DNA from: Cyanophyceae cyanobacterium
Lineage (GTDB): Bacteria; Cyanobacteriota; Cyanobacteriia; Cyanobacteriales; JBHJGN01
Assembly (NCBI GenBank): GCA_050331735.1
Contig: JBHJGN010000031.1
Coordinates: 96,001 to 160,000, forward strand
Reading direction: 5' to 3'
DNA: 64,000 nucleotides
The notes beneath the pieces were generated by a model, which ran no database searches, was not told where the DNA came from, and was given only the letters and a program-made list of their open reading frames with translations. Of the stretch, positions 47,669 through 58,257 are shown in pieces (within the stretch, counting starts at the first letter, position 1; every line of letters begins with the position of its first letter). A program made the position numbers and the translations under genes.

Positions 47669-49060
47669 ATGAGTCAAAATTTGCTTGCATTACCCAGTCC
47701 GAAAGCTAGCTCTGCCCTAGCAGAATATAGTCAAGACCCGTTAGGCTTCATGACCCGCTGTGCCCGCGAGTTTGGAGAGATAATTCCGTTACGGTTTGAA
47801 GGCAAGCTATACTGCTTACTCTCCAATCCAGAGCATATCACCGAAGTTTTGAAAGATCGGTTGTTCGTCAAAGCGGAGGATTTACGGATTTTGCGGGGCT
47901 TGCTAGGCAACGGCTTACTTACCAGCGAGGGGGATTTTTGGCAACGGCAGCGACGGCTGATCCAACCGGTGTTTCATCAGCATCGCATCAATAGTTATGC
48001 CGCCGTTATGGTAAGCTACACCGAACGACTGTTGCAGTCGTGGCGCGAAGGGGAAGTGCGCGACGTGCATGATGAGATGATGCGCCTCACGCTCAATATT
48101 GTGATGAAGACTATCTTTGACCAGGACGTGACAGATGATGAAGCTAGCCGCGTCGCTCGTGCCTTAGATGAGGCAATGACCTGGTTTGATCGGCAAACGG
48201 CGGTTGAACCGACCGCAAGCGAGTTGTGCGCTCGCCGCATCAACTTTGTGGTTCAACTGCTCCAGCATATCGGATTGAAGCACAGCAGTACTGCCAGTGA
48301 CAGCGATCGCCGCTACCAAAAAGCGATCGCCCTGCTGGACGAAACGATTTATGCTATGATTCAACATCGTCGTTCGAGCGGGATTGAAAGCGAGGATCTG
48401 TTGGGCATGTTAATGCAGGTGCAGGATGCTGACGACGGTAGCCGCATGAGTGACAAGCAACTGCGCGATGAAGTGGCAACGCTAATGCTAGCAGGACACG
48501 AAACCACCGCCAACACGCTGTCTTGGACGTGGATGCTCCTCGCAAAGCACCCCCGCGTTCAGACAAAACTCACCGCCGAGTTTGAGACCGTTTTGCAGGG
48601 ACGCCCCCCCACAATCGCCGACCTGCCGCAGTTGCCATACGCGCACATGGTCATCAAAGAGGCGATGCGACTTTACCCACCTATTACCGATGTGAGCCGA
48701 GAAGCCGCGAGGGATTGCGAAATTGGCGGCTATTTTATCCCCAAGGGAACCACGCTGATTGCTAGCCAATGGGTAATGCACCGCGATCCGCGCTACTTCA
48801 CTGAGCCAGAGATGTTTAACCCGGAACGCTGGGCAGACGATCTGGAAAAGCGCTTACCAAGAGGTGTTTACTTTCCCTTCGGCGATGGTCCGCGCGTCTG
48901 CATCGGCAAAAATTTTGCCCTGATGGAAGCGGTGTTGATCTTGGCAACAATCGCTCAACGGTTTCAACTAGAACTGGTAGAGAGTCGAGCGATTGAGCTT
49001 CAGCCTTCGATTACCTTACGTCCTCAACACGGTATCAAAGTGGTGCTGAAAAAAGCCTAG
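47669..49060 (+). CDS. Cytochrome P450
   Basis: AGHETT (I helix), EAMR (ExxR), FNPERW and heme motif FGDGPRVCIG. Confidence 0.97.
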   Translation: MSQNLLALPSPKASSALAEYSQDPLGFMTRCAREFGEIIPLRFEGKLYCLLSNPEHITEVLKDRLFVKAEDLRILRGLLGNGLLTSEGDFWQRQRRLIQPVFHQHRINSYAAVMVSYTERLLQSWREGEVRDVHDEMMRLTLNIVMKTIFDQDVTDDEASRVARALDEAMTWFDRQTAVEPTASELCARRINFVVQLLQHIGLKHSSTASDSDRRYQKAIALLDETIYAMIQHRRSSGIESEDLLGMLMQVQDADDGSRMSDKQLRDEVATLMLAGHETTANTLSWTWMLLAKHPRVQTKLTAEFETVLQGRPPTIADLPQLPYAHMVIKEAMRLYPPITDVSREAARDCEIGGYFIPKGTTLIASQWVMHRDPRYFTEPEMFNPERWADDLEKRLPRGVYFPFGDGPRVCIGKNFALMEAVLILATIAQRFQLELVESRAIELQPSITLRPQHGIKVVLKKA

Positions 49061-49549
49061 ACCCCTCACAACTTTGAACGCTCGATAAAACCCCTGTTTT
49101 TATATCGAGCGTTTGAAATCCCTGTACAATAATTTATCCCTCGTGGAGTCAACGATGAGATGTTCGCGTTTCCTTTACTTCGGCTACATTGGGTTTCGCT
49201 TTCTGCGTTATCGATTTTCTCCCTGGATCGCACTGGTGAAGGCGCTACTTGATTTGCTTTTTGCAGCGGGCGTTAACCGCGCCACTGCGAAAATCCGCTA
49301 CCTGAGAGCGATCGGCAAAATTAATTTTGCTGGTGTCTACGAAGTTATCAATGATTTGTTGTGGTGAGGTCAATCACAATGTGCTCCGCTTTACAGCCAC
49401 TCAACTTTCGCTGGCTTTGGTTGGGACAAACTTTCCTTCTCTGTGCCTCTCAGTTCTGGTTTGTGGCCTTGACCTGGCTAGTGTTGCCAAAAACGGGCTC
49501 AGGATTCGCCGTTGGCATAGTGTTGACGGCAGCCGCCTGAAATCGTATC

Positions 49550-49682
49550 TAATACCAATTAGAAAAATTAATAGGAGACTTGATGAGTTGGGGGAAAGGG
49601 AAGCACAGCAGCTCTTTGCCCTTGAACCTCCAATTGTTGGTTAGTTTGGGAACTATCTGACTACTTTCGGTAAATGGTATAA
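49550..49682 (+). mobile_element. MITE-like element family B
   Basis: Ends TAATACCAATT...AAATGGTATAA; the body matches 25430-25574. Confidence 0.72.
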
Positions 49683-49791
49683 TAATTGCCTCTGATGAGT
49701 TTTGGGTTGGGTAAGAGGGAACGGACGATAGCAACTGGAACAAGATTCTTTATCGGCATCACTCGTAGAAGAGGTTCCCGGTCCTTCACGC

Positions 49792-50424
49792 TCACAAATG
49801 CTCTTTAGCCCAAAGGACGGCAGAGATGCGATCGCGCAGTCCAAGCTGGCTGAGAATGCGAGTCACGTAGTTTTTCACTGTCCCTTCTGTGATGTAAAGT
49901 GCCCGAGCAATCTCTTGATTGTTTTTGCCTTGAGCAATAAGTTGAAGCACTTCCAGTTCTCGTCTGCTCAGGTGGCTTTGAGGCTGTACGGTTGATGCCG
50001 AGGGTTTCGGAGAGAGATAGGCAAATACTTTTGGGGCAATCGTGGGTCCGAGTTGACTGTAGCCTGAGTGTGCCGAACGAATGGCCGTGACAATCTGTTC
50101 AGCCGGAGTGCGCTTGAGCAAATACCCAATCGCCCCAGCCTGCAAAGACTGTCCAATATATTCGTCATCGTCGAACACCGTGAGGACAACAATGCGAATC
50201 CAAGGATAGCGCTGGTGAATGTTGCGGGTGGCTTCGACCCCATCGCATACAGGCATTCGCACATCCATCAAAATCACGTCGGGCTGTAATTTAGCGGTTA
50301 GGGCGATCGCCGCTTCCCCATTATTAGCTTGTCCAACGACTTCAATCCCTTCTCTAATCGAGAGTAGTTCCCCCAACCCTTCTCGGAAAACTTCTTGGTC
50401 GTCAACAAGCAATAGTCGAATCAT
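49792..50424 (-). CDS. NarL/LuxR-family response regulator
   Basis: LLLVDDQ, DVILMDVRMP, LSRRELEVL and EGTVKNYV. Confidence 0.95.
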   Translation of the reverse strand: MIRLLLVDDQEVFREGLGELLSIREGIEVVGQANNGEAAIALTAKLQPDVILMDVRMPVCDGVEATRNIHQRYPWIRIVVLTVFDDDEYIGQSLQAGAIGYLLKRTPAEQIVTAIRSAHSGYSQLGPTIAPKVFAYLSPKPSASTVQPQSHLSRRELEVLQLIAQGKNNQEIARALYITEGTVKNYVTRILSQLGLRDRISAVLWAKEHL

Positions 50425-50490
50425 AAGCCCGAAAAATGATTACTATGATAAGATTCTGTCTACTCAGCTTATTCCTAATTTTCTCCTCAA

Positions 50491-51711
50491 TCAATTTTCC
50501 CTTTTTAGGGGAAGAACCACCTGTATTTGAGTGCCTGCCCCTGGGGCGCTGCAAATCCTTAAGTCGCCGTTCAAGAGCTGTACCCGTTCTTTCATGCTCT
50601 GTAGCCCAAAGCCAGAATAGGACTGGGCTGGATCGAACCCTTGACCATTATCTTCTAATCTCGCAGTCACGCCATCAGACGTTGCTTGACAACCCAGATA
50701 GAGTTGAGAAGCATTGCTGTGCTTTTGAAGATTGGTTAGTCCTTCTTTGATAATGCAGTACAGATGATGGCTGACCTGAAAGGGCAACGGTGGCAAGTTG
50801 ATTTCTGCATACACTTTCAGCCCTTGATTATGCTTGAGTTGTTCGAGTAAGCTCTGTAAGGCTTGAGTGAGATTAAAATCATTTTGGTGCATCGCTTGTA
50901 GTGTCAGACTCATATCCTCAACGCACTGATCGGCCAAGAACTTAGCTAAATCAATCGCTCTAAAAGCGCGGTCGGGTTTGTGTTGGCGAAATTCCTGAGC
51001 GAGTGCCAGTTGAACTTGGAGGTTTGTTAGCGTGTGTCCAAAAGAATCGTGGATGTCGCGGGCAATGCGAACCCGCTCCAATTGAGCCGCTAGTCCCTCA
51101 ACTTGTTGTGTTAATTCTTCAGCTCTTTGGCGGCTTTTTTGTTCTGCCAGCAGGGTAGAGCTAAATAGAATGACGAAACTGCTCGACATCACATAGTGAG
51201 CTGTGCTGTTCGCAATCAGATGCCGGATAACGGTCGGCTCTCGAGGATTGTAGTTAGTTGGATTTTGAGGAAATGCCTCGACAGCTCTAGGGAAAGACCA
51301 AACAAAAATTCCCACATACAAAATTCCCACTACAGCAGAGAGCATCACTGTCCGTTTGCGCCTGAGCATAAAACAGCTTTTAGCGATATATAGATAGATA
51401 AATAATTCCAGATGAATACCACTTAGATACCCAAGGGTTAAGACCAGCAAAATTTCTAGAGAAATATAGGCGTACTTGCTCCACAGCGAGCGATGAAGGG
51501 GAAATATCATACTCCAGGCCGCAATCGTGACAAAGAAAGCACTCAATTGCCAAAACCGTTCTGCTGTCAGGTTTAAGGTGTCATTTGCCGCTAGGGAGAA
51601 ATAGTAGACAACGTGTACAGCGATCAATGTCCATTCCACATAACGGAACATCTTTTGAACGGATACGGAAGGGCTGATGGCTGTCATCTTAACTGTTGCA
51701 GTGAGAAACAT
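50491..51711 (-). CDS. Membrane sensor histidine kinase (HisKA_3 type)
   Basis: Multi-TM; ERVRIARDIHDSFGH, EGLTNLQKHS, DNGQGF and GFGLQSMKER. The start is uncertain (51711 or 51687). Confidence 0.92.
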   Translation of the reverse strand: MFLTATVKMTAISPSVSVQKMFRYVEWTLIAVHVVYYFSLAANDTLNLTAERFWQLSAFFVTIAAWSMIFPLHRSLWSKYAYISLEILLVLTLGYLSGIHLELFIYLYIAKSCFMLRRKRTVMLSAVVGILYVGIFVWSFPRAVEAFPQNPTNYNPREPTVIRHLIANSTAHYVMSSSFVILFSSTLLAEQKSRQRAEELTQQVEGLAAQLERVRIARDIHDSFGHTLTNLQVQLALAQEFRQHKPDRAFRAIDLAKFLADQCVEDMSLTLQAMHQNDFNLTQALQSLLEQLKHNQGLKVYAEINLPPLPFQVSHHLYCIIKEGLTNLQKHSNASQLYLGCQATSDGVTARLEDNGQGFDPAQSYSGFGLQSMKERVQLLNGDLRICSAPGAGTQIQVVLPLKREN

Positions 51712-51743
51712 ATCAAGGCTAAAGTGATTTTTTCCAACTGACA

Positions 51744-51761
51744 ATATGACCCACGTCATAT
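51744..51761. promoter_or_regulatory. Palindromic operator between the divergent kinase and DUF3352 genes
   Basis: Perfect palindrome ATATGAC-CCAC-GTCATAT with a weaker ATGAAATTCAT next to it; typical of NarL-family boxes. Confidence 0.55.
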
Positions 51762-52012
51762 ATTTCCATGAAATTCATATGATTCTGGGTAGTAGCGTCT
51801 CGCCTCAATTTCTCCTACCTTGAAATAGACACAAATCGCTCTGAATATTGAGCCTTTTCTCTAGATAAATTTAACGCAAGAGTCCACTAAACAAGACTCG
51901 CTATAAATTTATGTTGTTCCAAAGGCCATTCTTAAATCGCTAACATGAAAGTTGTCAAAAACCCAATTAGCGATAAAAAATGTGTTGTTAAAATTTACTG
52001 GTAAATACTCAA

Positions 52013-52627
52013 ATGGCCAAGCAAAAAATCAGAATCGGTTGTCTTTGCCTTACTCTAATCAGTAGTACCATTATTGTGACAGATTTTCATTCTCGGATTC
52101 TTTTAGCAAATGAATTAACGCCTCTAGAAGGCGCTCGACTAATTCCAAAAGAAGCTTTGGGATCTTTATACATTTCTACCAGTTCCCAGGATTGGCAAAA
52201 AATTCAACAATCAGCCCCCCCTGAAGCGCAAAGTTTATTCAAACATGAACTGAATGCTTTTAGTCAAACAGCAGCTTTACAGAAAATTGATTATCAGCAA
52301 GATATTCGTCCTTGGCTTGGCAATATCGTGTTGGTCTTTTTGCCAAAAGATAATTTTCCTGAGCGCAGTCGCGAAAATTATGTAGCAATCATTGGTGTCA
52401 AAAATAAACTTGGCTTGTTGAAATTGGCTAGCCATCTTAGAAATCAGAACGATCTCCAAATTGAGAGCAGCAACTACCAAAATGTTCCTATCGTTAAAGT
52501 TACTGATAGTAACCGCAACATTATGTGGTTAGCGGTTTTTAAAGGCCAGTTGCTTATGTCTTCTAGCTCAAAAGGTTTAGAGTTAGCCATCGATGTTTAT
52601 CAAGCTGAAGCTTATCTTGGAAAATGA
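52013..52627 (+). CDS. DUF3352-like exported protein (short, possibly truncated)
   Basis: Signal peptide; GARLIP..A...YIS, DYQQDIRPWLG and Y..V.I; only 204 aa. Confidence 0.65.
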   Translation: MAKQKIRIGCLCLTLISSTIIVTDFHSRILLANELTPLEGARLIPKEALGSLYISTSSQDWQKIQQSAPPEAQSLFKHELNAFSQTAALQKIDYQQDIRPWLGNIVLVFLPKDNFPERSRENYVAIIGVKNKLGLLKLASHLRNQNDLQIESSNYQNVPIVKVTDSNRNIMWLAVFKGQLLMSSSSKGLELAIDVYQAEAYLGK

Positions 52628-54165
52628 ATGTCATTTCTATTATTATCGATAAAAAATTATTCCCGATTAAATTTTTACTTTTTGCTACGGTTTTCAGTTT
52701 TGCTTATACACAGGAACCTATCTATAACCTGCCCGAAAATGCTGATGGAAATCAAACCACTAAATTTCTTGACGGCTTGGCTAGAGCAGGGCATGGTTTT
52801 CTCGACCGAGACTGGACAGCTAACACGATAGATCCTCTGCCCGCCTTTACGTCATTAGTTGAACTTACCTATAGATATATTCATCATGAATATGCTTTTT
52901 ATATTTACTATGGGTTAATTATGGGGCTATATGTTTGTAGTCTATTTGGAATTGCCAATTATGTGTATCACATCAAGAAAAGTTTGGTAGGAACTTTCCT
53001 CTATTTTGCGCTTTTTGTCGGCATTCATACCGTTCATTTGAAATTGGGACTCTTTGACAGTGCTTGGCATCTTCACAGCGGAGTAGCAGGACAGTATATT
53101 TTAGGCCCTGTTCTTCAGCCCTGTACGTTTGGCGTTTTTATCCTGCTGTCGGTTTGGCTAGCCCTATATAAAAAGTATTATTGGGCAGTTTTAGCTAGTG
53201 CGATCGCCGCTACTTTCCACCCTGCCTATATTTTTAGTGCGGCAGTGTTTGCCTTGTCTTACGTTCTCTTCATTTTTCCAAAACAGCCTAAAAAAGCGAT
53301 CGCTATTGGTTTTCTGTCGGGGCTGCTGTTACTGCCAATTGTTAGCTATATGTACTTGAGTTTTCCGGCAACGACTGGGGCCATCAAAAAGCAAGCAATG
53401 GAGATTATTGTCAATTTTAGAATCTCTCATCACTCGGTTCCAGAAGTTTGGTTAGCATTAGGCACATCTCATCTACAATCTGTAGTAGCAATCATCGGTT
53501 TATATCTAGTTAGATACACCCCACTATTCAAGATTCTACTGATTCCTTTTCTAACGGCTTTTTATCTAACCATTCTGCAAGTATCGTTAGATAGCAATTT
53601 AATCGGGTTTGTTGCTCCTTGGCGCTTATCTGTCTTTCTAGTCCCCCTATCAACTGCCGTTATTATTGCTGCGATCGCGTCGTATATTGCTGAGTTAGTA
53701 AAGAGAAGATCTGGGATCGAGCGCGGGGTAGTTGGCATTAGCTTGGTAATTATTTCTGCTCTAACCTTTCAGGGGTTAGACCAGCAAATTGCTCTCTTTC
53801 ACTATCAAGGAGAAAGTACTCCCATGCTGAATTTTGTTAAAGCAAACAAACAAGCGGGAGATACTTATTTAGTTCCTCCTAATTCTCACCCCCTTCAAAA
53901 ATTTAGATTGTATACGGGAGCGCCAATTTTTGTGAATAAGAAATCTCATCCATATAAAGATACTGAGGTAATTGAATGGTATCGCAGAGTGATGAGAGCT
54001 AACCAAGTGTATGGACAAGAGGGCGATCGCTGTCAATTACTGCAACAGCTAGAGACAAATTACGCTCTCACTCATGTGGTTGCTGAAAGGGAAAATCAAT
54101 TCTCGTGCCGTTTTTTAACAACTTTATATCAAGACCGCAAGTATACAGTTTATCAAATTCACTAA
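52624..54165 (+). CDS. Polytopic membrane protein (DUF6798 / GT-C-like)
   Basis: GFL..DW.ANT.DP.P.F, GVAGQY.LG..LQP..FGV, FHPAY and FRLYTGAPIFV..KSHPY.D.EV.EW; ATGA overlap with the upstream gene. Confidence 0.75.
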   Translation: MNVISIIIDKKLFPIKFLLFATVFSFAYTQEPIYNLPENADGNQTTKFLDGLARAGHGFLDRDWTANTIDPLPAFTSLVELTYRYIHHEYAFYIYYGLIMGLYVCSLFGIANYVYHIKKSLVGTFLYFALFVGIHTVHLKLGLFDSAWHLHSGVAGQYILGPVLQPCTFGVFILLSVWLALYKKYYWAVLASAIAATFHPAYIFSAAVFALSYVLFIFPKQPKKAIAIGFLSGLLLLPIVSYMYLSFPATTGAIKKQAMEIIVNFRISHHSVPEVWLALGTSHLQSVVAIIGLYLVRYTPLFKILLIPFLTAFYLTILQVSLDSNLIGFVAPWRLSVFLVPLSTAVIIAAIASYIAELVKRRSGIERGVVGISLVIISALTFQGLDQQIALFHYQGESTPMLNFVKANKQAGDTYLVPPNSHPLQKFRLYTGAPIFVNKKSHPYKDTEVIEWYRRVMRANQVYGQEGDRCQLLQQLETNYALTHVVAERENQFSCRFLTTLYQDRKYTVYQIH

Positions 54166-54752
54166 AGGGGATAATGCTGACGTACTTTAGACATCATTGC
54201 TATTGGCTCCATTGCCGATGGCAGTTCCTCTTGCTTTGGTCCGGTCTATCACGCGGGAAAGATTGCCTTACACTACTACTGGTCGGGAGTTGGACCAATC
54301 GTTTACCATGCCAGCGACGGTCTTGTTCGTCTGCGATTGTACCGTCCTGGTGCAATTCAAGGTTCCTTAGCCTGGGCACCAGTTAATCGCCTTAAGACAA
54401 GAGCCTATAAAATCCGCGCTAACCGGGTTAATGCTGCTCCGACTGCGGATGTGGTGGCAACTAGAATAGCCAATTGGATTGAAAACAGTAACCAATGGGT
54501 AGGAACCGACGACGAGCCTTAGAGCTTCAAAACATTCAAATATCTCTTCGCTTTGTTTCCCAACTTTTTTTATCGTCTTCAGCTTTACGGCTGGCCCAGA
54601 GGCAGCAAGTTCTCAAATTCTTCTGATTAATATCCACTACCCTTTTGTCTCAAGGATACCAAAGACATTGACTCGATATTGCTGCACACTTCAACACGGT
54701 GTCTTCTTTGACCGCTCCTATTGCGTCCTAACTTGCATTATTAACTAAGTAA

Positions 54753-56330
54753 ATGTTTGAAACACTATCTGCTAAATATCGGTTCAAACGATTTTTCACC
54801 CATGACTTCGCCATCCCAGGCTATTTCGCCTTCGGAAAACTACTGCTCCATTTTCTCACCAATAGTCAATATGGTTTTTTTGGCGATGAGCTTTACTTTA
54901 TGGCAGCAGGAGAGCATCTAAGTTGGGGATTTGCTGATTTTCCCCCCCTGACCCCTGTTATTGCTAACATCAGTCGTTGGTTGCTAGGAGATTCCCTATT
55001 TGCGATTCGCCTATTTCCAGCGATCGCCGGAGCGTTGACGGTTTTTTTAACGGGAGTCATGGTTCGCGAACTGGGAGGAGGAAGTTTAGCTCAGGGCCTC
55101 GCTACGCTCTCCGTTATCATTGCGCCTGGGTATTTGTTTATCCATACCATTCTCACCATGAATGCATTTGAGCCAATGCTTTGGATGCTTTGCGCTTACC
55201 TGGCAATTTTAATTCTAAAGTACGAAGCCCCTAAGCTTTGGCTTATAGCCGGATTGATTGTCGGGATTGGGTTAATGAACAAGTTTTCAATTGCCTTCTT
55301 TGCCATCAGCTTTCTCGTTGGCTTGCTCGTCACTCCAGCTCGCAGGCTTCTTGTCAATCAGTGGTTTTGGCTTGGTTGCCTGATAGCCTCAGTCATTTGC
55401 TCGCCGACAGTTTTTTGGCAAATTCAGCATCACTGGCCGTTTCTAGAGCATCAAAGGGAAGCAAACTTATACGATAAAAAACCGTTTCTTTCGTCTACTG
55501 TTGACCTGGTTCTACAACAAATCGTTTTGGTTAACCCTGTAGCATTTCCCGTTTGGTTAACAGGAATTTACTATTATTTATTCGCCAGAGATGGCCAGAA
55601 ATATCGCGGGCTTGGCTGGACATTTATTGTTATTCTAGCTTTCTTTTTATTCTTTGAGGCTCGATATTACTATTTGCTTCCTATTTATCCCGTATTTCTG
55701 GCTGCCGGAGCGATAGTGTTTGAGCAACTCATCCATTATTATAAAAATTCTCTAAAATATTTTCTCCTCTGCGTTCTACTCGCGGGCGGCATCGTGATGG
55801 CACCAATCGGTCTGCCCCTCTTGCCAATGGAGAAACTAATTAGTTACTCAAACTTCATTTATCGACCTCCCGCATTATCGAGGTTTTCTCCTAATCAGTC
55901 AGCAGAGGCTCCCTGGCATTTTAGACTGATGCTCGGTTGGGAAGATACTACGTCTACCGTAGCAACTACCTACCATAACCTTAGTTCTAGCGAACAGTCT
56001 AAGTGTGCAATTTTAGCTTGGAGCTATAATTATGCTGGAGCAATAGATTTTTTTCGTCGAGACTACAATCTTCCTCAAGCGATCAGCGGGCATATGGGCT
56101 ATTACTTTTGGGGAACCAGAAATTATTCGGGCGAAATTGTCCTCAGCGTCGGTGGTAATTTAAGTTTCCTAAAACAAAAATTTATCCCCGTGGAAAAGGT
56201 GGCGACTGTCACGAACGATCGAATTGTCGGCGTTACAAAGAATATCCCAATCTACCTCTGTAAGGATATCAAAAAACCTTTAAAAGAGATCTGGTCAGAT
56301 TTTAAATTTTATTTTAATATGCCAATTTAG
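54753..56330 (+). CDS. Glycosyltransferase family 39 / ArnT-PMT-like (GT-C)
   Basis: YGFFGDELYF, W.F.DFPPL, IRLFPA, GLMNKFS and P...WQ..H.WP; many TMs. Confidence 0.88.
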   Translation: MFETLSAKYRFKRFFTHDFAIPGYFAFGKLLLHFLTNSQYGFFGDELYFMAAGEHLSWGFADFPPLTPVIANISRWLLGDSLFAIRLFPAIAGALTVFLTGVMVRELGGGSLAQGLATLSVIIAPGYLFIHTILTMNAFEPMLWMLCAYLAILILKYEAPKLWLIAGLIVGIGLMNKFSIAFFAISFLVGLLVTPARRLLVNQWFWLGCLIASVICSPTVFWQIQHHWPFLEHQREANLYDKKPFLSSTVDLVLQQIVLVNPVAFPVWLTGIYYYLFARDGQKYRGLGWTFIVILAFFLFFEARYYYLLPIYPVFLAAGAIVFEQLIHYYKNSLKYFLLCVLLAGGIVMAPIGLPLLPMEKLISYSNFIYRPPALSRFSPNQSAEAPWHFRLMLGWEDTTSTVATTYHNLSSSEQSKCAILAWSYNYAGAIDFFRRDYNLPQAISGHMGYYFWGTRNYSGEIVLSVGGNLSFLKQKFIPVEKVATVTNDRIVGVTKNIPIYLCKDIKKPLKEIWSDFKFYFNMPI

Positions 56331-57097
56331 CAAGTTTTTTCATTATTGGAAGCTCTTATGTCTCACAAATAAATCTATTTTTTTACAATGAGTATTACTC
56401 TACTAACACTTAAAACTCGATTAAAGATAGGCTTAGACTCTATCTTCAAAAACACTCCGAAGAGCCTTGCAGTTTAGCCTTTAATCACTTCGAGTATCTC
56501 TTGGCCTTAGCTAAAGAATATTAAAAGCTAAGCATTAAGCTCCCCATACTTAAATCAAGAATTCTTCTTATCCTTGTTTTTGATTGGGTAGTGCTAAACA
56601 AGTAATGGCGCATTGTAACAAGGTATTTCAAGTTAACTTATTCAAAACATAAGGATAGTATTCTGTATGTAGTGAAAGACCAAAAATCAAGGGAAATACT
56701 GTTGAAAAGCCTGGGGCAAAAGCATCGCGGCTTTCTAACAGTATTTAGTTCGTGTTATTGTCCTAGACAAAACTACTTGTTAGCACCTTGAGCTTGCACC
56801 CGTGAATAGCAACGGAATCGTATCTTCCGCTAAGCCAGATTTTCGCTTTTGAAAACAGCTTAAACAGTTACGGACAACTCACGTTCTGAAGAAAAGCTCC
56901 AGAACCGTATCCTCATCAGTTCGTAAAACGATATGTGGCAGTAGAAATTCTCCGCACTCCCAGAGCCAAGCGAGTTTTGGATTGGAAAGCTTGTAAATCT
57001 AGAACGCGCTCAAGTCTACTAACTTGGTAAACCGTCATTAACTGCGGATAGCTCCAGGGTGAATGGTCCTTTATGCCTAGTAGCTCATTAACTGTGT

Positions 57098-57152
57098 CCA
57101 GTTGGAGGTATCCAGTTGGACGATGTCAAACTCGCTTTGCTCTTTCAATAAT
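57098..57152 (+). promoter_or_regulatory. Shared promoter motif, tandem copy
   Basis: CCAGTTGGAGGTAT-CCAGTTGGACGATG, 21 nt, then AATAAT. Confidence 0.55.
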
Positions 57153-57267
57153 AAATAGAGATAAAGACTAGCTTTCCTAATCTGTTTAGGCAAATCTGTG
57201 CTTGATTCTTCGCAACTGGCTAGTCAATTAGTGACAGAACGATCTTGTTAACTAAGTGTTTAAGGCA

Positions 57268-57639
57268 ATGTTGCAGGTTCAGTGTTTAAAAATACCGATT
57301 CTACCCGATAAGGTTAACCAGTTGCGTCACTGGCTAACACAGCTTTCTAATCGACACGCCGAAGTTCTCGAAGCACTCAGAACCGAGGGCTTTGCTGATG
57401 GAGCACTTTTCTTATCAACGGAAGGCGCCACCGATTTTTTATATATCTATTCCCGCGCCCAGGATCTATCCGCTGCTACTGCTGAGTTTCAAGATTCGTT
57501 GCTGCCGCTTGACATCGAGTTCAAGTGTATGATGAGCGATTGCCTCGATCTGCGAGGGATTATTCCGCTCAACGTCAAGTTTGCTGCCGATCTCAAAGAT
57601 TTTGCGGCTGAACAAGCGCAATCCTCCCATTATTGCTAG
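57268..57639 (+). CDS. DUF6176-like protein
   Basis: CLKIPI.P.K...LR.W...L..R..EV.E.L..EG....LFL......DFLY.Y and S.LP.D.EFK. Confidence 0.7.
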   Translation: MLQVQCLKIPILPDKVNQLRHWLTQLSNRHAEVLEALRTEGFADGALFLSTEGATDFLYIYSRAQDLSAATAEFQDSLLPLDIEFKCMMSDCLDLRGIIPLNVKFAADLKDFAAEQAQSSHYC

Positions 57640-57685
57640 CAGCACATCACAACTTTGGGAAGTAACAATGCCTTCCAGTATCGAG

Positions 57686-57739
57686 CCACTAGGGTGAACC
57701 AGTTGGAGGAAGACGGCTAAAGGAACCCCGTATTATCTT
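57686..57739 (+). promoter_or_regulatory. Shared promoter motif
   Basis: CCAGTTGGAGGAAG (57699-57712), 21 nt, then TATCTT. Confidence 0.55.
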
Positions 57740-57813
57740 AATTCTCAGAACCTAAAGCAGTTGTTCAAAGATGATGACCTGCGCTTGTCCAATTATTTTA
57801 GTGGGTTAACCCT

Positions 57814-58161
57814 ATGGCTTCTATACATGAGCTAATTCAAGAAGCGATCGCAGCGGGCGATTTAGATCCCGAAACCGAAGCTCAACTACGAAAGATCGTT
57901 AAAAGTTGGTCTGACGACGAGGATATGCAAGCTTTTGTCAATTTACAACCCGCCGAACCTTTTTGTCAGAGGTTTCCTGATTTTGAAGAACAGAACCGGT
58001 GCGAACAGACAATTCAGACGAATTTCGACCGTGCTTACCAAATTACTGCCGCGATCGCCGCTGCTGCTCTCATCGCTCTGAGCACTTCAGGAAAACTCGA
58101 AACGGCAGATTTAGCTGAAGGGGTTGGGACAACAGCATTACCATCAAATATACACAAGTAG
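57814..58161 (+). CDS. Hypothetical protein
   Basis: ATG ORF; N-terminal I.ELIQEAI..G.L..E.E.QLR helical motif and an Ala-rich hydrophobic segment. Confidence 0.65.
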   Translation: MASIHELIQEAIAAGDLDPETEAQLRKIVKSWSDDEDMQAFVNLQPAEPFCQRFPDFEEQNRCEQTIQTNFDRAYQITAAIAAAALIALSTSGKLETADLAEGVGTTALPSNIHK

Positions 58162-58257
58162 GGAGGGAAAATTAATGCACCGTCTCACGCCTGCTGTAGC
58201 AGTCGGCATCGCTATTCTCCATAGATATCCCTAATTCTGGTGACTGCGACTGAATTT

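Noticed and set aside
49113..49549. Short overlapping ORFs after the P450
   Set aside because: No recognisable family or good start; possibly a degraded membrane-protein gene, but unsupported.
54105..54522. Short ORFs between the two GT-C-like genes
   Set aside because: Fragmented frames with no motif; possibly a gene relic, but cannot be called.
56331..57090. Long AT-rich gap as an ncRNA or CRISPR locus
   Set aside because: No periodic repeats, strong hairpin series or ORF of 60 aa or more was seen.
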